Of a DNA stretch of 64,000 bases, positions 1 to 12,900 are shown in pieces. The notes beneath the pieces were generated by a model, which searched no databases, was not told the DNA's origin, and saw only the letters and a program-made list of their open reading frames with translations. The DNA is from Trichoplax adhaerens (taxonomy: Eukaryota > Animalia > Placozoa). The translations under genes and the position numbers were made by a program. Position 1 is the first letter of the stretch. Each line of letters begins with the position of its first letter. The DNA lies in assembly GCF_000150275.1 (NCBI RefSeq), contig NW_002060946.1, positions 1,198,497 through 1,262,496 of the forward strand, given 5' to 3'.

Positions 1-21
1 AACTTAAATATTTACATTTAC

Positions 22-562
22 CTAACATGCTTGCGGTAGCTTTTGCAGCATTAGTCATTGTTGGACCAATAACTCCGAGAAAAGGTGAATAAAATGATTC
101 AGTCATTCCAAAGTCATGTAATGCAATATTGTAACAGTAATATCCATCGTATGTGCCCTCTGCAAAGGGCAATAAATGCAGTAACAACTCCATTGTTTGT
201 CTAGAAGTTTGCAAGCTATTGTAACAAGTATCACGTATATCATAACCCAATGTAATCTCTGGTAAAAGTTTGGGATCGTTATTGACATTGATAATAGCGA
301 ACACCATAGCTGTTACTAAATGGAGGCCATATTCATCAATGTCTTTGCATTCTCGACTATTTGTATCATAACTATTATGAGCTGGAAAGAGACCAGCAAT
401 GACAGCATCACCAGATTCGCTCAAGCTGAGAGCATTAACAGTTGGTTTTTGCGTATATACGTCGAGTAATGATTTCTGGCAATTAGTTGGAACGGATAAT
501 AAGAACATCACGGTACAAATTAGTAAAAACTGGCTCTTTAATTTTCCAATTTCACACTTCAT
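22..562 (-). CDS. Class C GPCR (mGluR/CaSR-like), first coding exon: signal peptide plus start of Venus-flytrap domain; gene continues beyond the left edge
   Basis: Manual translation from ATG at 562: MKCEIGKLKSQFLLICTVMFLLSVPTNC...GDAVIAGLFPAH...C...YGLHLVTAMVFAIINVNNDPKLLPEITLGYDIRDTC...FLGVIGPTMT, ending at a GT donor at 21. GDxxIxGLFPxH, INxDxxLLPxITLGYxIxDTC and GVIGP are class C VFT hallmarks. The ORF track missed this frame. Confidence 0.93.
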
Positions 563-1577
563 CTTTCCAAGGATGAAATTGTTTAATAATAGATGGCAGT
601 AATAAAATGGCTAACTTTAGTCTCGAAAAAATTTCGATACCGCTGTATGATGAAGGCAATTATTTAAAATTTAGGTGAAATTATTCAGTTAAGATGGCTT
701 CTGTACGGCAAAGTGGAGATTAGCATGATCTTACTTTGACAAGAGGGTGGCTCTTGCAGTTTTTAAAACCAATAAGCAACTTAGAAATGACTTGCGTAGG
801 TATGATTGTAATAAATTTTTCAGCTTATGTTAGTGCAATTAGGTAATTTAAACTTCCTTCCATTAGCATCAGTCTGACGTCATATATCATCTATCACTTG
901 CTTTAACGTCAATAGCAACTTTACAGTATTATTTACCGCTACTTTAGGCAACCATATGTCTGATTGCCTAGTGATCAATAATTAATATTCTTCAACCTAG
1001 AGTAAGGAGAAATTTATTAGACTAGTTGAAGCTATTGTCGACATTAATTAGAATAGCTCTAAGAGTAATTTTCTTTTATTTTTTTAATTTTAAAAATTTC
1101 TAAAGGATTAAACTTATTTTAAAGATATCCAAGAATAGAGATTTGCTTTATACACCTGCACAATATTCTTTGTAAATGAAAATATTAATTTATCATACCA
1201 ACCATGTCAAATCCAGGCAGCGATTTAAAGATTCTGTAAGTTAAGACTAGCAGTACTGCATAGTAATTTAAAGTATTATTATTAAACGCAAGCGTCGATA
1301 TTGACATTTTATTTTCAGTGGTGTGAAACACACTGCAAGAATTTAAGATCCAGCCTGACTAATACATCTTTCATATTAAATTTAACTTCAATTACAGAAT
1401 GATATAATTTAATTGATTTATTCAATACTAAATCAGTCCTGTGGTCTAGGTAGCCATTGAACCAGATTAGATTGAATAAAGGCATACTAGTTATAGAGAT
1501 TATATTTGCAAGTCAATCAGGCAAGCATTTATACTATGCTCTAGTTGTCAGTCTAAATTAATGGATATCAATATTAA

Positions 1578-1928
1578 ATAGATTAGTATATTAACTGTAT
1601 TCATAATTTCCTTTCAAATGGCTTCTGACACTAGGAATAATGATTTAATTAAGCAGATATCTAGATTGTTGCCTAACGGCCAATTTATGCGTATATAGAT
1701 TGGTATATTGACTGTATTAATTCTTTTCTTCCAAATGACTTCTGACATTAGGATTTGTAAACTAATTAAGCTGATATTGACATTGTTACCTAACGGCCAA
1801 TTTACTCGTATATAGATTGGTATATTGACTGCATTAATTCTTTTCTTCTAAACGATTTCTGATACTAGGAATAATAAGCTAATTAAGTTGATATCTACAC
1901 TGTTGCCTAATGATCAATTCAAGCATAT
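1578..1928. repeat. Three diverged tandem copies of a 117-bp unit
   Basis: atagattRgtatatt recurs at 1578, 1695 and 1812. Internal blocks ttctgaYaYtagga, taattaag and tgttRcctaa recur in register. Confidence 0.9.
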
Positions 1929-3957
1929 ATTTATCAACTACTCTATTAAATAGATATAATTATTATTAAGCGAATAAAATTTAATTCTGTTAATAACCAT
2001 TTGTTATGAAAAATTACGCTAATTGTTAGTATTCAAAGAAAGACAAATTATAAAGCTTGGATATTCAATTTTAAAACTATCATGTCTCCCAACACTGAAT
2101 AACAGTAATCATAAGAAAGCGATGACGCAGAATTTATTTTATTTTAATACATTTGATGCAATATACCGCAGTGATAGTTAGTATCGAAAATAATCCGGTA
2201 CCGAGATATTTCATCATAGATTATCGAATAATAGATTACATTTTAGTTCGATTTTGATAAATACTGTTTTATTTAAAATAATTAGTGGAACCTTCTAAGT
2301 AGAAACAATCAGTCACATATACTTTCGTATCTAAATCATCGATTAAGTTATTACTACTATGGTAGCTTTTATTAATTGTCACAAAGCACCTTTGGAACAA
2401 GATAACGTAATGTACGATCAATAAGTCAATTCCTTGAACCACGTATCAAAGAACGATATCTGCACTATCAAGAACACTTTTGCTCTACTAGCAGACAACA
2501 CAAAGACTTAGACGCCTCATATTTCACGTTAAACACTAAGTTTAAGAATTAACTTTATTACACGATATACCGCATTTATATACTCTCCCTCAATACTTCA
2601 TGAGTCATAACATAACTATTAATTTAAGTATATGTAGATATTTCTACTCTAATACAGTATATAACACTGTCACAGTAATACATCTAATGTGGACATTATG
2701 TTATAGGCTGCCTGCATAGCAGCTAAGAGTAGCTGGACTATCTTAATATCATGTGCTATCTGTAACATAAATGCGTATGAGCTATCAGAAACGTAAGCTA
2801 ACGTTAACATTTATACCTAGTAGCGGGTTAATTACTACACTAATTTCTATAGTAGTTCGATTTCCATCGAATATCTTCGGTAACCTAATCAAATATTGCC
2901 ACTACTAGAGCGAAGCTTGTCAAAAATTTAGAAATCTAATGTAGAGTTTAGCATGGCTAAGCTTTAGCCATAAGAGATAACTTTTGAGTTAAAACTAGCT
3001 TCTTATTACTGAGAAATTTAAGTTAATTTTGGAAATGCAGTAGATGGTTCTACCTGTGATTAAATTTGAATTCATATATCTATGCTCAAAAGCTGTTGCT
3101 GTAATTATTAGCAGCAATTGGCTATCATCATAGTAATATTCATGCATTGCTTGTGAATAGGAGAGCTAATGTGCGAATATTGCTTTATATAAAATGCGTA
3201 TTACTATAATAGTTATCTTACTAATCTGATCTATATTTGCTAGAGCTCTTTACATTCCATATACAATTAGAACTGCTACTAAAGCTAATATTTGAAAGGA
3301 ATTTGACTTAATTCAAGTCTATAGAAATCTCTTATTTACCAGTTTTTTAATCATCTCACCTTAGTAAGAGATCATCATTCTTTACATGTAAGGAATACAA
3401 ACCTATTTTGTATTACTCAACTTGGGTTAAAAGACATAAAGTTTGTGAGAAATATCTTGCATGCATAAATGTACCGCTCCATTAACGTATCTAGTATCTG
3501 TCATGCCCTTGAAAGCCGTATTATAATGGTACCATATTAAAGAGACGTACATGATCTGATATATAGGTACAAATTTATTGATTTTTAAACTATTTCAAAA
3601 TAAAAAGGTTAAGACCAAATAAATATACAAAATGCTGGCTACGATATTACAATAAATATACAGTGTATGATATTTCTTTAGAGGTATGGAATACCTACAT
3701 TGATTAAAAAAATGGCTCAATATTGGCATTAATAATTGAATATCAGGCTATTTATCAACTGTAACAGTTAATATTAACTCTATAGATGCGTTTTGTCGCA
3801 TAAAATAAAATTAAAATCGAGAAATTGCTGTTTTAATATGAGATAAATGTAGACTAAAGGAGTATAGGTTAGCATTTTCTTGATATCAAACAGCAACCAC
3901 TTATGTACTATTTTTTACTATAGTTTTATAAAAGCTATTTGAGGTCAGTTAAGAATT

Positions 3958-6900
3958 CTAATAGTCTAAACTCATAAGAAGAGCCGTTCCACGCTTGATC
4001 CAATGGTCTGCAGTAACTGATCCCACCTTAATATCAACGGAGACAACAAATGAAGGTCTACCTCCGGAACCTGAACGATTTGGGTAGTAGTAGCAAGGAC
4101 AAGCATACATTCCTGATAGAAACAACAAGGACAGATTATTTAGTCTTTGGCTGTGCGCTTAAATAAAATCGTTAAGTAGGGAGTAAGAACTTTAACAATG
4201 TAATAAAAATCATATAGAAGCAATGATACCTTTATTTGATTTTCTTTTGTTTTCAACTGGCTTAAAGTGAATAGCCGGAACTGGACATACTAATTCCATT
4301 GGATCTGCTTCAATTAAGCAGGAATTTTTAACGTCCCAACCAGCACCTTCCAAGTATAATCCACGTATCCATACACCATCCTACACAATATAAATTAATT
4401 TATGGTAGATTATTAAATGTTTATATCAGTCACAATTATGCTAGAAGGTATCGTGCCATAGCACCTACAATGACTTACCTTGGGTGCTTGCATTATATTA
4501 GAATCATCAACTGTAGAAACCGGGAATTCCCACGATAAAGAATCGATTGAGACCTATGAAAGATTGAATATTGGACTGATTTTAGTACATGACGTGATCA
4601 TTTGCTCGCAAATTGCCTTCTTACATTATTCTGGCGTGCCGAGGTTTGTAGTACAGCAGTTAAGAAACTGGTTGGAAATGTAAAACCAGAAAGCCAAAAC
4701 AAGGTTGGTGGATGAGCAGTAATTGCCCATTTACTAAATTGCTCTACTCGAATCACGAGATCTCTCGTCCAAGCAGCTAAAGGTTTCTGTGATGCATAGG
4801 TCTGTAAAACATTGTTACATTTCAGCTTTAATAACAATTTTATGACTTTTGCTAGTTTTTAAGAAGCTGCAGTACCTTATTCCATAATGGCGGAACTCTT
4901 CCATCAAATATGCATGAAAATATTTCCTCTAATGCAGCTGACATAACAACTAAACCCTTAATCCCTTTAGCCAAGTCTTGTAGAGATGTCCTTATAGTTT
5001 GTAGTAAGCTATTATAGCGTGCAACCTAATTCAGAAATGGAAATTAAAACCGTCAACGGTAATACTAGAATTTATTGATCACTATTGTATCTAGTACAAA
5101 ATAGGATCTTTTAATCTACCTCTTGGACTAGTACAACATTGATTGGTGAAGGATCAGATATTAGAATAGTTTCTGCGCTTTCTCGGTCGAGGTCTTCCGG
5201 TATACGTTTCAACACATCAGCTGCTAGTTCTTGGACCTGGATATTATCAATCTCATATCAGAAATTTTATTCTTATTACGACTTATTTCATGAGATTATC
5301 GTATAAATTGCTTCAAGATATACCCTATCTTCTCGACTCTCTCCTTGGGCAACCGAAACTTGTGGCTTCAGTGACAGCAAAGTATCAAATAGCATCCTAA
5401 GGAAAGTTAATTGTAAAAATTTGGTTAAATTTAACGGAATTGAGGATAACGTGTTTACCTAAAATCATCATTTCCTATAATTGGACGTGGATTAATATCT
5501 AAAATATTACAACAATATTTTCTTTATTACCTAGTTTCGATGATTTGACTTGCAATATCAGCATTTGGATGTTGACCAAAAGCTTCTGGATGATCCACAT
5601 TTGGCAATAAGTTAATATAATCCTACGTTAAGAGTTGATAAATATAAATTTGTTGATTGAAATCGAATTTTTCTTAATACTCAATATCATAAAATACATA
5701 GAATTTTAGGTTACGAACCAGATAAGATTGCAATGGTCCGTCTTTGGGAATATAGTATGTGGCCATTGTTGATAACCTGAGAAAGAAGACATTGATAGAT
5801 AAGTATTAACAATTAATTGTGTACATATAATTCATGATAGCTGGTACAAAATAAGATATTTTCTATAGAGAATGATAATATCATTTACGTAGCTAAGACT
5901 AACTTATAAAATGGATTTTGAGCGGCAGCGTCGCAAAAGATGTCGTTGATATAGGTATGTAATAAACGTCTATCCCAATCGTCAGTAACATGTCCTCCAT
6001 AATTAACTCCAGCAATCAAGTATTTTAATGCATCCCATGGTGTCTCATCATATTCATCCAAGTATAATGATAACAAATCGTTTGATACTTCAAAATCAGA
6101 ATCATTGAATCCATAAATAACATTCCAGCCCAACATTAAGAATTTCTTCCTTTCCAGTAGAATACTATGGAAAAAGCATAAACCAAATAACAGTTTCTTG
6201 AATTTTTCCGGTTTGCGGCAATTATTAAATTGTTCATAGGTGATCGATTGATAGAGACGTTTCATATTGGCTTTTAATCCTTTAGGTGGTTCAGTAGTCA
6301 TTTTAATACCCGATTGCAAAATTGATATTGGAAATTCTGGATGTGGACTGCTACTTAGCCATAAGCGAAAATCGGGATGAGGATTTTTAACCTGTAATTG
6401 CTCAACTATTTTATCTAATTGAGGCATCCAACTTAATGATAAATGACAATTGGCTAAGAATACCCAATGGCCTTCCATAATACCTTCACGAATCATTCGT
6501 GATGCTATAGGTGATTGGCCTTGACCTAATGATAGCGAATTATATCTTTTATTCATGTTATGCTTATCTGCTAATTGAAGTAATGCACCAGATGGATCGA
6601 CACCAGAAGAGAGAACAAATATAAGTGGTGTTTTAGGACTTGAATCATCTAATACTGAATTCATATCGAGTACAGGTGGTTCAACAAATCGTGAGCCAAG
6701 ATTGTTAATAATAAATGATCCAACAGTAAAAGCAACACGATCAGGTCGTAGTGATCTTACAATCAGCATTTTTTGCAATTCATTGCATGCGTTATCCCAC
6801 TCTCCAGGTAGCAAAGCATTTTCAGGCTCGGAACTTGTAAACCAAACATGCCAATCTCTTGCATATTGCTCAAATGATGTTACTAAGCCATGGAAGTTGG

Positions 6901-9900
6901 TTAACTTATCTAATTCAGTAATATGATCCCATGCTGCTTCTGATAACCATTTGCATGGATTCTCCATTTGATTTTCACGATCGATTACGGTACCTCCACG
7001 TAAGAAGAAATTATACTCTTCCATATTGAGTTTACCAGCAGCTTCTAAAATTTTAGCGCACATCTGGAATGAGAAAAGCATTTTATGTCGTTCGAATAAT
7101 GCCCGACAGGTATAGCGATAAACGGCATAGGTGTGATAATCATTTAACGATTGAATTCTTTCTTCTAATTTTGAACTACGTGAACTCTTATCAATGGATC
7201 CATTAAATAGTTCAATGTAGGAATCTAATGAAAATTGATACATTGGATCAATTCGGCCCATATCATTAATGACGAAGAATAGAATGGAAGCACGTTGAGC
7301 ACATGGACGATAACCTTCACGAGCTGTATCAATTTTAATTTCAGTTTGTTCGCTAATTTGTAATTGCTCAGATACTTCTTGTGATGTGGTCTTAGATGTT
7401 TGCAATGTATTAACCAACTGTTCATCATCCAACAGTGAGCCTTCAGCTGTATTTAATAATTTCAATATTTCATCCTCTAATTCAACTAATTTTTTCTTAC
7501 CAGCAGCAATACTCATGACCAATTTATCTTTTTGCTCTTCAAGGTCTGGTCGTTCCTTTCGCACAACAATACCAAGTAGTTGCGCTTGTAGACCTTGTTC
7601 TTTAACAGCAAAGTTGACAATAGTTGTCTTAGTGGAAATCTCCGGTGAGTAATGAGGATTACTTAATTTTGTTGTGATGTAAAATTTAAATTCTGGATTA
7701 TAATCAATTTCTTTATCGGCTAAGCGAATAAAGTACTGGCCACCTTTACGTATAATAGCTTTATTTAAGATAGGCGACAATGATGGATCTAGTTTTTCCT
7801 GGACATTATGTAATAGAACCGGAGTACCAAATTGAATTGAATTCTCTAGAACTCGTATGTAATCGGTTTGCTGTAAATCGATGATACTCAACTTATTCCC
7901 TTCCATATTTTTAATCCATTTCAATGCTTGTCCTTGCGGATCAATCATTAATGGCCAACGATTGCCGCGAGCTACTATGATACCATTTTCAGTTGAGAAC
8001 GAATCATTAGGTAAACCTTGTATATTCCAATCGCGTACTGTTGTTGGCTTAGCCATAAAATTAGCGAAATTTAACTCTGGATTACATGGTACATGCAATT
8101 TGTAGATTTGCGGCAGCCATATACCATTAACTAATTCTTCACGATAACCCGACAAAAACGATCCAACATAAGATAAAAATGCTGCTGCTACTAAGCAATC
8201 ACCAGGCAGATAGGCAATATTAGATTGCAATTCAGTAACACTATTTTCCCATCGCAATTTTTCACCTGATAGACCAGCAACCAATCTACCAGCACGATCT
8301 AAACGTAATTCGTTTAATTCAGCAGTTTTACGTAAATCGTCCTTTTGCGCTAATTTCTCATCGTATTCACGCTTTAATTTTTCCATTTGATCGGTAATTT
8401 CTTTCAATTTACTTTTAGCTGCAGCTAAGGATCTTTCTTTTTCGTGTAATTGAGCACGGGCATGATTTAAACGTTGTTTCTTAGGCTCAACAATACGATA
8501 GATGCGTCCATATAATTCAGTAGCACGCACCCACATACATAACGATTTAGCTGCTAATGATACACGACCGATAATATCAGGTTGGAAATCCGATTGAGAG
8601 CAATAGCCAGTTACTTTTTTCAACACACGATCAGTCATATGATCTTTATCAAAATTAACTAATGTCTTAATAAAGTTAGTTTCCCCAAGTTGTCGTTTTG
8701 CTTCGGCCCATGTTGGTTCAGCGCCTAACAATATCATAACTGCTTCCATAACTTTTTCCACTAGAGGTGGTGGACGCCCGTAAGAACGAATTTCAGTAAT
8801 ATCTTTCTTATTCAATGCTTCTAACGCTTTAACTGCTTCTTCCAACGCTGGCAACGCTTCATCAAGATCATGTTGTGCAGTCTCTGCTAATTGACGACAT
8901 CGTTGTTCTTCTTCTTCGATTTTCTCACTCCGTGCAGCGACTGTTTTTTGATGCTCATCTGTCTCACGTTTTTGCTGTACAATGATCACTAAATATTCTT
9001 CACATTGCTTCTGAAATTGAGCTACTTTATTCTTGGTTCTTTCCAACTCGATGGACATGGTTTCAACCTTTGTTCTCGTTTCATCAATTTTCTCCAAACC
9101 ATTGCGTAATTTATTTGCTTCATTCCCTAACTCTTTCTTTTTCTCATGCAGTAGACTTTTATAACCTGCTACTAATTCTAAATAATTAGTCGGTGTAACA
9201 TAATTACGACGTTTCATTTCTAACCACATCTTTTCCGACATTTTAACCACTGAACTATGAATAGTAACGAATGTTTGAGCAATCTTAGGCTTCATTTCTT
9301 CAAGATCGCCCACATCAACTGTTTGGAGATATTTTTCAGCCACTTCTTGCAATGCTTCTTCTGGCCATTCTCCAAACCAATCGATGGTAGTGCAGTTAAC
9401 AAATGCTGGAAACATACGAATTCGATTTCGGAAGGTCTCACCAACTGGACTCATGCATAGTACAATTCTTAAGTTACTACGCACTCGTTCAATTAAGTAA
9501 GCGAATAGGCTGTCTGTAGTATCTGGAATGCCATCAGTTTTAGCGGCTTTTAATAAACTCTGGCGGACTTCCTCGAATTCATCTTGTTTGTATAAATTAG
9601 GAACTTCACCGCTACTTAAGATATTGTTGATATCTTCCAGGAATGATTCTTGAAGAACTTGAGTATCGGCAAATAGGAAAACTGTTGGTTTATTTTCCAC
9701 TCCAGTTGTTCGATATAATTTTCGGATATCTTCACGGAAATCGGCCGATCGATAATGCCTTGTGACTTCAACTTGGAATACTTGATAATTTAAGATATAA
9801 GATACTAGCCGAGTTAAACTTCGTCGACCACTACCACCTATACCTAATAATAACATATTGCCACGCGGTTGGCGAATAACACGAATAATGCGACAAACAT

Positions 9901-12900
9901 GCTCGACTGCATCACGAAATAAGACTAAATCCATAGCAATCGCGCCTGGTTCCATATTATGATCTTCAAGTTGATTTTCTAAGCATTGCTTTAAATTAGC
10001 GAAATCAGTCATATCTTCATAGATTTGATTTTCCTTCATGAAATCGCCGAAAATAGGTACTTGTCGATTGGGGCAGATGTTATGAAATGGTAAATCAAAT
10101 AGTGAGCCTAATTTTTCGGAGATTAATTGCTGAAATTCTTCACGATCTTTTTCATCGACTAAACGATCAGAAAACACTCTAAAGCATTCATGTATCCATA
10201 GCCGAATAATACTATGCTTGGTATCATGGAAATCACGATGGGAACGCAATAAACCCTGGAATACCTTAGATATATCTCTCAAGTTAAAAAGATAATGTAT
10301 TTTAGTCGGCGTTGGCAACATTTTAGATACAATTGAATTATAGATATCAATCGTTGCTTGAGTCATGATATCACCTAATGGTTTAATATCTTCTTCAAAA
10401 TCTTGTAATTTTTGATTGATCATCGTACCGTAGATGCGCTTGATTTGACTTTCTTGTGGGAATGTCATATTAATAAGGTTAAATCGGCTTTGTAATCGAC
10501 CTGATATAACAGTTCTACCACCACCAGGTGGGCCCATTGCGGCTAGTAAATACATATCTTTGATATATTTAACAGCTTGTTTAGAACGATCATACCAGAA
10601 ACCGTAATCGAGCCATTGACGAATTAATTCTAGTGGTGGCTGTGAGCCATAGGTATCTTTGGATGATATATTAAAGTCGTCCATAAAGGTTAATAATTTT
10701 TTCCCACCAACAGGTACATAAACACCTTTGGTGCGCTTTTCAACACGACTTTCGATAATATCCTGGACATTATTGGATGATGTCTGAGCTGACATGTTGA
10801 TAATTAATTTGCCATATTGCTGTGGGTCAGCTCTTGAAATGACTCCTTGTGCAACGGATGTTTTCCCTGTTCCTACTGGGCCGACTAAAAGTGTTGGTGT
10901 TTGCGATAGTAAAAGTGATTGGACCAAGAAATCATAACGTAATGCATCCACAGTGGGTACAATAATCTTATAGAAAGGTAAATTAGGACTATATTTCCAG
11001 CTAGTGTGTAATTTCGACTCCCATAGTACCCATGTTTTCTGCTTAGCATCGACAAAATATTCATAGATGGTATCTTTGCTGGGAAATTGGCCTTCAATTT
11101 CACGTAAATAATTATCCATTTTTTTACGACTATGTTCATCGACTGATGCACAGATCGACCAAATGAGAGCAAATAGAAACCATAACTCGATCATTTTAGT
11201 ATAGTAATCATCATTGGGTTGGACACCATTTTCAGCTGTTGCTAATGCATCAAATAATCGACATAACGATTTAATATTATTCAATTCAGTAGTCGGAACA
11301 AGCTCAGTGCAATGTGCTTGCTTATAGTCTAATACTTTTTGAACGTATTTGTCAAATAATCGCTGTAATTGTTCAACTGAATTGCGATCTTCTCGTTTTT
11401 GTAGCCATGATGTTACATAAGGTTGCCAGCCGATATCTCGATAATCTGTATAGACCATACCACAACGACTAATTGTTGCTGGCGAAGCAGCTGCTAAACT
11501 ATCCACTTCGAATAATAATGATACCTGTTCAGGTAATGATATACGCTCACCGTTAATTAAAGTTAAAACTTTATTGTCGTCCATAACAGAATTCATCGAT
11601 TCGATCCATAATGTATCGACAGGGCCATCAAAGACGAGCCATTTCTCATCTAATTTCTCATCAGAACATGTTTGACGCATAACACTGGATAAAACACCAT
11701 CTGTCCATTCATTTGTTGATAAATCAAATTCGCCATACAATTCACCCAAAGATAGTGATTTAGGATTAATAGGGTATTCTTTAACAACTTGATAATTAGG
11801 GTCATTATGGACTTTTTTCATTCGTGTCATTGCAGCTTGTAATGTCTTCCAAACGACAGTTTTACCTGATTCAGTTTGACCTATTACCATGACGGCATGG
11901 CGTGAATTTTTAGTTTCATATAGTTGCAGTACTTTCATGATTAATTTCTCATGCGGTTGTAAATTAGATGATTTAAGTTCTTCTTCCACCACTGTACGTA
12001 ATTGACCATATTCGGTGGTTGGCGCTTCGATACCAGGGAATAGATCGGATATGATACCGTTAAATAGCGGTGCATCACTTGATTTTAATTTAGCGATATT
12101 CATATCTTTCATGGCTAATAAGAGAACTTCTTCATCGAGCATATCTGTAAATTCTCGTTTCTTTCTACCAGCATATTTTAATACTGATACAAGTGCACGT
12201 AGACCGAAATCATAATGATCTTGTTTAGATAATTGTTGCACAGCTAACGAATAGAGCGTATGGACTTTTTTAGCTAAGACTTTGGTATTCGAAAAGCCTT
12301 CAGCAAATAAGATGATTTCAGCAATTTGAGCTGAATCTGGTACTACCATAGCAATGGGTCTAAACATACTCTTTAAATTGTCGGGTAATTCAGTTCGGCC
12401 AGCATAGCCAGGATTCATAGTGATAAAGATACCGCATGAACCAACTAAACTAATTTCACGACCTTCAAATACAAATCGTTGCGCACCATGTGATAGTGCC
12501 GTTAATATGGATAAGATTTGTTGAGCAACTACAGATAATACTTCGACATTGATACGATTAAATTCATCGAAACAGCCCCAAGCACCCGTTTGTGCCAAAC
12601 CGCTATACATTCTACCCATAGATTTATAATCTAATCCTTCTGAACAGTTAACAACAATAACATAATTTCCCAATGCTTTTCCTAAATCTTTTGTCGTCTC
12701 TGTTTTACCCGTGCCAGCAGGTCCTTTAGGGCTGCCACCACGGTGAAGATGGAGCGCGGTAGTTAGTGTAATGTAACAACGATCTGTTAATGGCGTAATA
12801 ACTAATCGTCCAGAATTACCTAGATACTCATAACCATATTGAAAGAGTGTGTTGGTTTGGCGTACAGCACAATCATCAAGTTCTTTCTCCCAGTAGACTC

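Noticed and set aside
103-602. ORF-track calls 103..288(-) and 399..602(+)
   Set aside because: These are shadow frames of the real GPCR exon at 22-562(-).
1578-1928. 117-bp unit (39 codons) as a coding repeat
   Set aside because: Only the middle copy is open in one minus-strand frame; the other two have stops in that frame.
6702-12215. Short antisense or alternate-frame ORFs inside the giant DNAH2 exon
   Set aside because: Expected by-products of a long coding strand; no independent motifs.
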